49,687 bases of DNA, taken from the IMG/VR virus record IMGVR_UViG_3300033420_000009, positions 1 to 49,687 of that record; one strand, written 5' to 3'. Below are positions 1 to 7,246 of this stretch, in pieces (the stretch's first letter is position 1; each line of letters begins with the position of its first letter). A program made the position numbers and the translations under genes. Under the pieces are notes generated by a model. The model saw only the letters and a list, made by a program, of their open reading frames with translations, did no database searches and was not told the DNA's origin. This stretch comes from a virus. Taxonomy: Duplodnaviria > Caudoviricetes.

Positions 1-176
1 CCTCTGTCTTCCCATAGTTTTATGTGTTCTTTTAAATCTCCGAAAGTAAGAGTGCCTCTTAATCCTGTTTCATTACAATGTTTTCCAATAGTATCTGACA
101 ACCATTGAATCCAGAAATGCTGTCGACCTTTATCGTCCGGCATTTTATCTTCTATAAATATATAAGCTGTTTTCAT
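1..176 (-). CDS. small hypothetical protein, truncated by the window edge (MKQLIFIEDKMPDDKGRQHFWIQW...)
   Basis: ATG at 176-174, 2 nt after the stop of 179..538; frame open to position 1 (translated by hand). Confidence 0.6.
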   Translation of the reverse strand, partial: MKTAYIFIEDKMPDDKGRQHFWIQWLSDTIGKHCNETGLRGTLTFGDLKEHIKLWEDR

Positions 177-178
177 TG

Positions 179-538
179 TTATTCCTCTTTCTTCCACTCT
201 GGTACATCCATGTGTTCGGCTTCAAGTTGTTTTTTAAATAATTCCCTTCCTAAACATTCACATACATCATTCATTGCGCTTTTACCCCTGAAAGGAAATA
301 CTAATTTAGTTCTACATTTCCTCACAGATTTTACCATAATAGGAGTATTATGTAACACCCATTTGATAGCTTCTTTTTCTGTTTTGAAATTCCCATCTTC
401 CACAGGTCGGGGGGATTCGGATTCGAGTTTAGCAATCTTCTCACATAACACTCTGTACCCGTGATTCATGGTTGACGTATCAGATTGAAGCCTAAATGAT
501 AACTGTACATCTTTGAGTATTTCAAGTTCTGTTTTCAT
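179..538 (-). CDS. hypothetical protein; paralog/mosaic of 1118..1522
   Basis: ATGA overlap with 535..759; shares LESESPRPVEDG with 1118..1522 and MKTELE with 1620..1859. Confidence 0.75.
   Translation of the reverse strand: MKTELEILKDVQLSFRLQSDTSTMNHGYRVLCEKIAKLESESPRPVEDGNFKTEKEAIKWVLHNTPIMVKSVRKCRTKLVFPFRGKSAMNDVCECLGRELFKKQLEAEHMDVPEWKKEE
390..429. repeat. 40-bp exact direct repeat, copy 1 (copy 2 at 1344..1383)
   Basis: ttcccatcttccacaggtcggggggattcggattcgagtt at both places. Confidence 0.95.
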
Positions 539-759
539 TTCCGTTTTGTTTTAGTTTCGATTAGGTACATTTCAATAATTTCAATAGGTTCAGGTATATC
601 AAAGAATCTTGAATGCCACTTATTAAACGCAATCAACTCCTCCCTCCTCACCTCTTCAATAATTCTGAGAAAGGTTTCTTTTTTCATATAGGCATCGTTC
701 CAAGGTGACTTTCCGATGCTGTTGTTATCGAATAGCTCTGAAATCTGTTCGGTGGTCAT
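535..759 (-). CDS. hypothetical protein; paralog of 1524..1859
   Basis: ORF in tightly packed minus-strand operon; KETFLRII(E/D)EVRR and YL(I/T)ETKTK shared with 1524..1859. Confidence 0.75.
   Translation of the reverse strand: MTTEQISELFDNNSIGKSPWNDAYMKKETFLRIIEEVRREELIAFNKWHSRFFDIPEPIEIIEMYLIETKTKRK
630..681. repeat. 52-bp direct repeat, copy 1 (copy 2 at 1610..1661; 49/52 identical)
   Basis: caatcaactcct(c/a)cctcctcacctc(t/g)tcaat(a/g)attctgagaaaggtttcttt. Confidence 0.9.
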
Positions 760-847
760 GTTGTTATTGTATTAGTTATTTTCAGTCCTTACATACGCTT
801 TCAATAGATATTGTATGGGATTTTGTCGCTTAGCGGATAGTTAGCAG

Positions 848-1087
848 TTATTTAGATAACCGAACGAATCCACCTTTGTCTTGTGTAAGATATTCAACTG
901 AATCAACTTCAATGATTGAGTATCTATAACCATTAATAATTCTTACCTCTTTTAATCTAATCCTATTTTGTGAATCTTCATTAATTGAATTTGATTTTTC
1001 TTGTGTGCAACTAACTAATAAACAACTGCTAACAAGCAATATAAAAAATGCCTTAGTTACTGCTAAAATTGAAGTTTTTGTTTTCAT
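848..1087 (-). CDS. small putative lipoprotein
   Basis: basic N-terminus, hydrophobic stretch, lipobox-like LLVSC. Confidence 0.7.
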   Translation of the reverse strand: MKTKTSILAVTKAFFILLVSSCLLVSCTQEKSNSINEDSQNRIRLKEVRIINGYRYSIIEVDSVEYLTQDKGGFVRLSK

Positions 1088-1117
1088 ATTAAAATTGTTT
1101 TAAATTGATAATTTTGT

Positions 1118-1522
1118 TCATTTAATACGGCACTTTTCATATTGCCAACCGTTTGACGTACCATTGTGTTCGGCTACATAGGAATGTTCTAGTCCTATTC
1201 CAGCTTTTAGTACAAATACATGACCTGCATATTCCTGTTTTTCAAACTTTGTGGCTTTATGAATATCATTATACCAATTCTTATCTAACTCATTATACCA
1301 CTCAAAACAATGTTCGCATTTACGTTCAATCACCCAATAAGGCTTCCCATCTTCCACAGGTCGGGGGGATTCGGATTCGAGTTGATTCGATTCGGAATAA
1401 TACGCTTTAATAGCTTCGTATATATCACTTCGCCAATGATTAATAGCTCTTCCAGCTTCATCATAATGCTTTAAAGCATCATTCATCATGTCTGACTTTG
1501 CGCAATTTTTTACTGTATTCAT
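1118..1522 (-). CDS. hypothetical protein; paralog/mosaic of 179..538
   Basis: 134-aa ORF in operon; shared LESESPRPVEDG and AEH motifs. Confidence 0.75.
   Translation of the reverse strand: MNTVKNCAKSDMMNDALKHYDEAGRAINHWRSDIYEAIKAYYSESNQLESESPRPVEDGKPYWVIERKCEHCFEWYNELDKNWYNDIHKATKFEKQEYAGHVFVLKAGIGLEHSYVAEHNGTSNGWQYEKCRIK
1344..1383. repeat. 40-bp exact direct repeat, copy 2
   Basis: identical to 390..429. Confidence 0.95.
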
Positions 1523-1523
1523 C

Positions 1524-1859
1524 TCACTTAGTTTTAGTTTCGGTTAGGTATTGGTCAATTAAAATCTCCGTATCAATAGAGATGCATCCGTTTAATTTTA
1601 TACTAAACTCAATCAACTCCTACCTCCTCACCTCGTCAATGATTCTGAGAAAGGTTTCTTTGTCGATGAAAAGTTCAGTACTTAATCTCGGGTAACTTGC
1701 ATTCTCATCAAATAACGTACTATACGATTTATTCTCAGATGTAACAGTTTCATCTTTTTGAAGTATAGCAGCCAACTTATTAAAAGCAGAAAAGCTCATT
1801 TTTTCATTATATTCTGGATTTTTCCAGAATATTTCTGATAGTTCAAGTTCTGTCTTCAT
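1524..1859 (-). pseudogene. paralog of 535..759 interrupted by an in-frame TAG at 1620..1622
   Basis: after the TAG the frame continues ELIEFSIK...YLTETKTK to TGA at 1524, matching the paralog C-terminus; the paralog has GAG at this codon. Confidence 0.7.
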
Positions 1860-1861
1860 AA

Positions 1862-2272
1862 CTAATTATATCTTAAGTAATTCCAAAAGTATTCCGGTAA
1901 CCAAATGTTTTTATACAAATAGGCTTCCATAAATAATGGAGCTACATCATATACTTTTAATCCGGCTATTCCACACCCAATAGGTGTAACTAAAAAATCG
2001 TATTCTGGAAATTGTCCTGCCCAATCCATGAATTCATGGACATAGGTTAAGATTTCTCCAGTTGAGAGTGTTCTAACTACATTAGCATCAATAGTTGGAA
2101 TAGCATAAGAATTACCTTGTACTCCAACAGCTTGACCCCATTTAGCTCCAAAATTTAGATAAGCAGCTTGAGCAGCTCCACCTAAATGGTAACCAGAGAG
2201 ATTAGAACCAAATACGAATATCTGGTTCTTCTCTAAGATTGTAATGTGCTCTGGTGTTGTTCTATAATGCAT
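1862..2272 (-). CDS. macro-domain-like protein (A1S_2505-type phage family)
   Basis: IFVFGSNLSGYHLGGAA, SYAIPT and VTPIGCGIAG motifs typical of this family. Confidence 0.8.
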   Translation of the reverse strand: MHYRTTPEHITILEKNQIFVFGSNLSGYHLGGAAQAAYLNFGAKWGQAVGVQGNSYAIPTIDANVVRTLSTGEILTYVHEFMDWAGQFPEYDFLVTPIGCGIAGLKVYDVAPLFMEAYLYKNIWLPEYFWNYLRYN

Positions 2273-2438
2273 GATGCAGCTTTAATGATTGTATTTCTTT
2301 TAATACTCTAATAGCATACTGAATTTCAGTTACTTCATTTGTAAGTAGAAGCGTATTCCACCCATGTTCTTCGAATATTATTATCTTAAGATTGATTTCA
2401 AATATTCGATTGTGTAAAACTTTAATAGCTGCTTCCAT
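2262..2438 (-). CDS. small hypothetical protein (58 aa, MEAAIKVLHNRIFEIN...)
   Basis: hand-translated; TAATG overlap with 2438..2701, fills the gap to the next gene. Confidence 0.6.
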   Translation of the reverse strand: MEAAIKVLHNRIFEINLKIIIFEEHGWNTLLLTNEVTEIQYAIRVLKEIQSLKLHHAL

Positions 2439-2701
2439 TATGATGCATTTTCAAGTAAATTCTCCGCATCCACAGTATTGATATTCTCTATATACTTTTT
2501 TGCTATCTCAAGTGGGGTACCTTCAGTAATTCCGGTTTTGTTAATTGAGTATCCGAATAATTCATCCCAATCAAGAACAATATCTTCGGTGTCAGCATCT
2601 TTTAACTCTTCATCAAAGAGTTGTAAGAATTCACCTAATGCATGATCATCACCACGCACAATTGTACAGCGACCATCGTCGTAAAATTTGTTTCTACTCA
2701 T
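2438..2701 (-). CDS. hypothetical protein
   Basis: 87-aa acidic ORF with AT-rich leader. Confidence 0.7.
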   Translation of the reverse strand: MSRNKFYDDGRCTIVRGDDHALGEFLQLFDEELKDADTEDIVLDWDELFGYSINKTGITEGTPLEIAKKYIENINTVDAENLLENAS

Positions 2702-2723
2702 GATTTATGGGGTTTAATTAATT

Positions 2724-2836
2724 TGGAGAAGTGGAGAGATTCGAACTCCCGACCACACGTTCCTTTAGTAGGTTATAGAAACTTAATTCTAAGCCTAAGC
2801 CTACGCCATACGCTCTACCAACTGAGCTACACTTCT
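2724..2836 (-). ncRNA. tRNA-like RNA 1 with expanded, anticodon-less arm
   Basis: acceptor AGAAGTG/CACTTCT+CCA, D arm GCTC-AGTTGGTA-GAGC, T arm GGGAG-TTCGAAT-CTCTC; 61 nt between D and T arms (canonical 22-23). Confidence 0.8.
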
Positions 2837-2849
2837 CTTTGTCAAAAAG

Positions 2850-2940
2850 CATCAGGCAATGTTTATAGCCGGATTTAGCACCAATGGTACCGGTGCAGGG
2901 AAATATTTAATCTTCTTCCCTTCTTTTAAAGAACCTGATG
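2850..2940 (-). ncRNA. stem-closed multibranch RNA upstream of tRNA-like 1
   Basis: CATCAGG/CCTGATG closing stem; internal AGGGAA/TTCCCT and GCACC/GGTGC hairpins; ORF-free. Confidence 0.5.
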
Positions 2941-2942
2941 AG

Positions 2943-4106
2943 TTACTTAATACGGAAATCCTCTGGATCTCCTCGTTTAATGATTGATTTCAATACTGGG
3001 AATCTTGGTATGCCATCGGCTGTAAGACCAAAGAATGCTACTGTACCCACACAATTAACATAATCTAATCGATTAGTTAATAGTTCTTTGCGGGCTTCAT
3101 AATTCATCTTTGGAGTTGCTTTGAATTGCACCATTCCATTTGATGTTAGAATCTTACATGCTACAATACCACATTCCGGTTTTCTGTCCATGGGAACAAC
3201 ATCCACAATCACAAATTCAGCATCCTGGAAGTTTTTAAGTTTCAGAAGATCTGATGAGCGCTTGTCTTGTTGATATAGACTATTAGCATTCTTAACCATT
3301 GTGCCTTCGTATCCTTCAGATAGAAATTGCTCATGAAACTTCATTACTGATTCCTCACTCGTACATATAAATTGAGCATGAGCTTTAATAGATACAAGAG
3401 GTAAGTGTATAATCGTTGAGATTATAGTATTGTATCTCCCTGCTGCATTTTCATTCTCATCGATCAGTTCATACACATGGTAATTTACTAATTCAGAAAT
3501 TCCGGGACGATACTTTTTGATGGATTTCATTACTTCCTGGAAATTATCTGCATCTTTATCATGCACATATAGTTCACCATCCAGAATGCCAACAAATCCA
3601 GATTCTTGTAGTTTTTTACAATCAGCAATAATATGGGGCATAGTATCGATTTGTTTGCCTCCACGACTCCAGAGTACAATATCACCTACAGAAGGGATCA
3701 CTGCCATGCATCTCATCCCATCGAGTTTTGCTGATACCATTACACCATTGATGTAATCAGCATACTTGGGCTCATACACCTTGGCTAACATGGCTTGTGG
3801 TGCTTTAGTTACATTCATCTTTATCTTATCCATGATATTTCTATCACTTATAGACAAATCCCAATCAGATGCATCCACATATCCTTCATTGCATTTTTCC
3901 CTTACGGTACTCTCCATTTCAAGAATAGCTTGTTGTTCGCCGGTTGTTTCATTGCTACGTCCTATATTTTTAGGACCACACTGAGAAGATGATGGTATAA
4001 GATTTCCGTTCAATACACCGGTTTCACGTTTGATTATATCTTCTTCAGTCCAAATTTTGATTATTCGGATCTTATCCGTGGAATCGATTTTTAAGAGTGT
4101 CTTCAT
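2943..4106 (-). CDS. lig: ATP-dependent DNA ligase
   Basis: motif I KLDGMR, motif III LDGELY, motif IV EGTMVK, motif V LLKLK, C-terminal GIPRFP. Confidence 0.95.
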   Translation of the reverse strand: MKTLLKIDSTDKIRIIKIWTEEDIIKRETGVLNGNLIPSSSQCGPKNIGRSNETTGEQQAILEMESTVREKCNEGYVDASDWDLSISDRNIMDKIKMNVTKAPQAMLAKVYEPKYADYINGVMVSAKLDGMRCMAVIPSVGDIVLWSRGGKQIDTMPHIIADCKKLQESGFVGILDGELYVHDKDADNFQEVMKSIKKYRPGISELVNYHVYELIDENENAAGRYNTIISTIIHLPLVSIKAHAQFICTSEESVMKFHEQFLSEGYEGTMVKNANSLYQQDKRSSDLLKLKNFQDAEFVIVDVVPMDRKPECGIVACKILTSNGMVQFKATPKMNYEARKELLTNRLDYVNCVGTVAFFGLTADGIPRFPVLKSIIKRGDPEDFRIK

Positions 4107-4354
4107 TTAAAATAATTAGGATGTTTTTCTTTTATTCCTTTCATTGCTTGACTAAGATTAGTCACTTCCGGATGTCCATAAAAACAACCTGTGTAACTTC
4201 TATCACTATCGGCTCCTGCAGATACAGTAAATGTGAAGTTTGGTTCATCCATAAGGTAAATCGTTGTATTTTGACTAACTTTATAACTCCATACATCGCA
4301 AGTAACTACTTCACGATTATAGTAGTCGTTTGTTTTTACCCATTCAGTTTTCAT
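4103..4354 (-). CDS. hypothetical protein
   Basis: ATGA overlap with ligase. Confidence 0.7.
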   Translation of the reverse strand: MKTEWVKTNDYYNREVVTCDVWSYKVSQNTTIYLMDEPNFTFTVSAGADSDRSYTGCFYGHPEVTNLSQAMKGIKEKHPNYFK

Positions 4355-4572
4355 TAATTTATGAAGTCATACGCATTGGTTTCCTTAAACTTCTTCATGA
4401 ACTCTTCGTACTTTTCTTTATTCTCAAATTTAATTGAGATTGTACCGAGTTCATCACGAGGATTAAGCTCACTGCTAATAATTTCTCCTCCAGATTCTCT
4501 TACATCGTCTTCATAACTACCGAGATCTCCTGAGTGCTCACACTCATAGAATTCAAATGTTCTTGTAATCAT
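4354..4572 (-). CDS. hypothetical protein
   Basis: TAATG overlap with downstream gene. Confidence 0.7.
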   Translation of the reverse strand: MITRTFEFYECEHSGDLGSYEDDVRESGGEIISSELNPRDELGTISIKFENKEKYEEFMKKFKETNAYDFIN

Positions 4573-4612
4573 TTTGCTATATTTAAGTTAATATTTCAAC
4601 GAAATCAATTTG

Positions 4613-4677
4613 TGGAGAGGAATGGATTCGAACCATTATCACCTCGCGAGCTGCACTAACCCTTATGCTACCTCCCC
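4613..4677 (-). ncRNA. tRNA-like RNA 2 with truncated anticodon arm (65 nt)
   Basis: acceptor GGGGAGG/CCTCTCC+A, D arm GCAT-AAGGGTTA-GTGC, T arm AATGG-TTCGAAT-CCATT; only 15 nt between D and T arms. Confidence 0.8.
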
Positions 4678-4682
4678 AATTA

Positions 4683-4777
4683 GTCGTTGCCTACCGTGCC
4701 AACTGTGCAAAGTGCCCTAATGCATTGATATAATGCAAGATACAGGGACTTGGCACACTTGGCAACTCGGCAACGGC
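4683..4777 (-). ncRNA. long rod-like hairpin RNA upstream of tRNA-like 2
   Basis: nested stems CGTTGCC/GGCAACG, TGCCAA/TTGGCA, TGTGC/GCACA, AAGT/ACTT, CCCT/AGGG, TGCATT/AATGCA. Confidence 0.6.
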
Positions 4778-4782
4778 ATAGT

Positions 4783-4935
4783 TTAACTACCAGCTGATAC
4801 AGTATACTTCTCAGTATGCATCAGCTTAATAACGCGATCTGTTTCCATATCGGTTAGATCTCGTTCTCTGCTTATAGCCATTAGAGCTTTTAGCTCATCG
4901 ACTTCTCTTAAAAGAGATGGTGATTTTTCTTTCAT
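4783..4935 (-). CDS. small hypothetical protein (50 aa, MKEKSPSLLREVDELKALM...)
   Basis: hand-translated; ATGA overlap with 4932..5207. Confidence 0.55.
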   Translation of the reverse strand: MKEKSPSLLREVDELKALMAISRERDLTDMETDRVIKLMHTEKYTVSAGS

Positions 4936-5207
4936 CGTCTTAGAATTATGGTGTCACCTACTATGTAGGATTCTAACATTCTTCTACTTACTGTAACACC
5001 TTTAGCCAAATCTTTCAACCTGTATTCTCTGTATTCTTTGTAAGTATTATTCTCAACAGATAACACAACAGCTTTGAATTCAGGATGTTCTGCATTGAAT
5101 TGACTCTTTGAATTGCCACATGAGGATAAAAATCCTATTGCCATTAATACAATCAGTATAATGGCTATTGTACCGAAAAATCGGTTTTCTGAAATTGTTT
5201 CTTTCAC
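4932..5207 (-). CDS. putative lipoprotein
   Basis: hydrophobic helix followed by lipobox-like LSSC; GTG start. Confidence 0.65.
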   Translation of the reverse strand: MKETISENRFFGTIAIILIVLMAIGFLSSCGNSKSQFNAEHPEFKAVVLSVENNTYKEYREYRLKDLAKGVTVSRRMLESYIVGDTIILRR

Positions 5208-5211
5208 TTGT

Positions 5212-5503
5212 TTAGGGATTAAGGTTGATTAATTTTAATGCTTCTATTAGTCCAGCTTCAAGAGCTTCTTCGTATGATTTTTGTGGTGGAATACTTCCCC
5301 ATGTTAAAGCAGGGTTTAATAGTTCTACTATTATAGCTCCCATTGTTGGGCTTATAACAATATGAATATTATGATTTTCTCTTAACCATTTCTGAAGTAA
5401 GGATTGAGTTGGAGGTAATCCATTTTTTAAATGATTTATTAAATCAAATCCTTTCTCTTTAGACAGCTTGGCTGTTTCGAATGTGATAAGTTGATCTGTC
5501 ATA
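5212..5503 (-). CDS. conserved Bacteroidota-phage hypothetical protein
   Basis: start reassigned to MTDQLITFETAKL; PTQSLLQKWLRE and YEEALEAG motifs typical of a recurrent phage family. Confidence 0.7.
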
Positions 5504-5530
5504 TATAATAGTTTAATTGGTTTAAAAAGA

Positions 5531-5720
5531 ACTACCTGTCCACTCCAAGTGTGGAATACCTCAGCTACAGTTGGATTAGCTACATCAACTCCCACCCTGG
5601 GTTTGGTATCTGAAAACAAACAGCGCTCCTTGGAGAGCTATAACTTATGGGATCAATGGTATTCAAAGATCAGCACCAATATTTCATGGTCCGGTTATTG
5701 TTTATGATTCAGCAGGTAGT
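5531..5720 (-). ncRNA. ~190-nt multibranch RNA immediately 3' of tRNA-like 3
   Basis: closing stem ACTACCTG/CAGGTAGT; internal CTGAA/TTCAG, ATAAACA/TGTTTGT, ATAAC/GTTAT, ATACC/GGTAT, TCCAC/GTGGA. Confidence 0.55.
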
Positions 5721-5722
5721 AT

Positions 5723-5807
5723 TGGGATGAGTTAGGGAATCGAACCCAATCTTGCAGGAATGAGATAGATAAGAACCCTGCCGTGCCGTCTGCTACACTC
5801 ACTCATC
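5723..5807 (-). ncRNA. tRNA-like RNA 3 with 18-nt loop in place of the anticodon loop
   Basis: acceptor GATGAGT/ACTCATC+CCA, D arm GTGT/GCAC, stem GCAGG/CCTGC around GTTCTTATCTATCTCATT, T loop TTCGATT. Confidence 0.75.
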
Positions 5808-5814
5808 AATGTGG

Positions 5815-5934
5815 TCCAATCCTTATGTGGTATCAAACAGGGATTTTCAGAGCGCGACTTCTGAGCTTGCCTACCGTGTATCCACTCCAGTAGAACTGGA
5901 CTTATGAGTAGTTATCTCACTGTATAGGATTGGA
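5815..5934 (-). ncRNA. stem-closed RNA upstream of tRNA-like 3
   Basis: TCCAATCCT/AGGATTGGA closing stem; TCCAG/CTGGA and TCAGA/TCTGA hairpins. Confidence 0.55.
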
Positions 5935-5956
5935 TAATATTTTAAATAGAAAGTTA

Positions 5957-6265
5957 CTCAGTGATACGTCTATATAGACACAAACAAAATCAAAATCAAG
6001 GGCAAAGACCTTTCTCTGCAACAAAGGCAAAGGCGAAAACTCAGTCAGTTTTGTAGTCTAATTTGTTCCCGAAGGATAACCTATACTACGATGTGGTATT
6101 TTTTGAAATCCACTAAAACATTTGGTTTTCACAGAGAAAGCGATTGGTTTTCAAGATTTTCTTTTTGCAAAAGAACATTGCATAAGTTATTTGTGTAAAT
6201 TTAAAGGACGTATCACTGGGCATAAAGAAGAGTAAACTCGGCTTTTGCTTTGTTTACCCTTCACC
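5957..6265 (-). ncRNA. ~300-nt structured RNA with hexamer repeats, 3' of the 308-aa gene
   Basis: 11-bp stem 6252-6262/6227-6237, 12-bp stem 6207-6218/5959-5970, 9-bp stem 6132-6140/6010-6018, cUUCGg loop near 6070; YTTGNY repeats at 5977-6010 and 6020-6040. Confidence 0.7.
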
Positions 6266-6274
6266 TTTGTATTA

Positions 6275-7201
6275 TTACTCTTTTGGAAGAGTAAAGAGGA
6301 ACATATCAACTACCGGCTGAAAGCGCTCATCGATATTTATCCTGAGTGCAACAAGCTCACTGATCTTAGATTGTCTGTCAATCTCAAACTGAGTTTGGAT
6401 TGTGCGGACTCTCTCTTGAATGACTCTGAATTCTCTCTGATACTGTACCATTAACTCATTATTCGAAGTTTCGTTATTCACTTGAGTAGTTTTGTTAATA
6501 GAGGCAATACGGGAATTCTCTTCAGTTACAAGGTTCTTCACCTTGGCTTTGAAGTAGTTCACTCTTTGTTCATACTCTCTGTGCTTTTGAGCAAGAGATT
6601 CATGAATTTCCATCAGTTGTTTGCTTGTGTGATGAGTGGTTATTGTAACTGGAGATTTAGTCCCTTCAGTTACTACCAACCATTCAATCGCAGGAATACC
6701 GGGAAGTTCTTTTCTGAGTTTATCCAATGGATTACCAGAATGAATGAACTGTCCAATATGAGCAGCGTATGCTTCAGCTTCCAGGAATTCGTTTACCTCG
6801 GATACTGTTAGCTGTTCCCATCCCCAATCTTCACCTACATTAGGTAAATCATCTTCCTCATTAAGAGTAGGATAAGCTGGATAAACGATACCAGAAATAC
6901 CAGCTTTGGAGCTTTTAACCTGAGTGATTAAAGCATCTTTAACTTTTATGTTCTCCATCAAGAATGCCTGACATGCTGATAATCTTGCTTTCTCAAGCAA
7001 TAGAGCTGTCACATTCTCCGGTAATGGCTTAGCTGCTACAATTGTGTGTTTATCACCAGCTATTTTCACAGACTTAGAAGCGTTATTCACGCCTGTAAGT
7101 ATTGAGGTCAACTCTATTACTCTCTGATTACAGAGATTAGAGATGGACTGAGCTTGTGACATGCTTAATCCTTTTTTCGCGGTCAATGAATGTTTTCTCA
7201 C
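6275..7201 (-). CDS. 308-aa predicted coiled-coil/helical protein of unknown function
   Basis: long ORF, GTG start after AT-rich leader; heptad-like Q/E/K-rich C-terminal half. Confidence 0.8.
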   Translation of the reverse strand: MRKHSLTAKKGLSMSQAQSISNLCNQRVIELTSILTGVNNASKSVKIAGDKHTIVAAKPLPENVTALLLEKARLSACQAFLMENIKVKDALITQVKSSKAGISGIVYPAYPTLNEEDDLPNVGEDWGWEQLTVSEVNEFLEAEAYAAHIGQFIHSGNPLDKLRKELPGIPAIEWLVVTEGTKSPVTITTHHTSKQLMEIHESLAQKHREYEQRVNYFKAKVKNLVTEENSRIASINKTTQVNNETSNNELMVQYQREFRVIQERVRTIQTQFEIDRQSKISELVALRINIDERFQPVVDMFLFTLPKE

Positions 7202-7246
7202 AGTTATATTGTATTTGGTTTATAGAAATAACAATTTTAATAGGTA

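Noticed and set aside
2935-2962. hammerhead ribozyme (CTGATGA...GAAA on +)
   Set aside because: Stem II is poor with an extra G before GAAA, no stems I/III were found, and it is antisense to and overlapping the ligase stop.
5957-6220. retron msr-msd (a1/a2 inverted repeats)
   Set aside because: No reverse transcriptase is in the window, and the adjacent protein lacks a YxDD motif.
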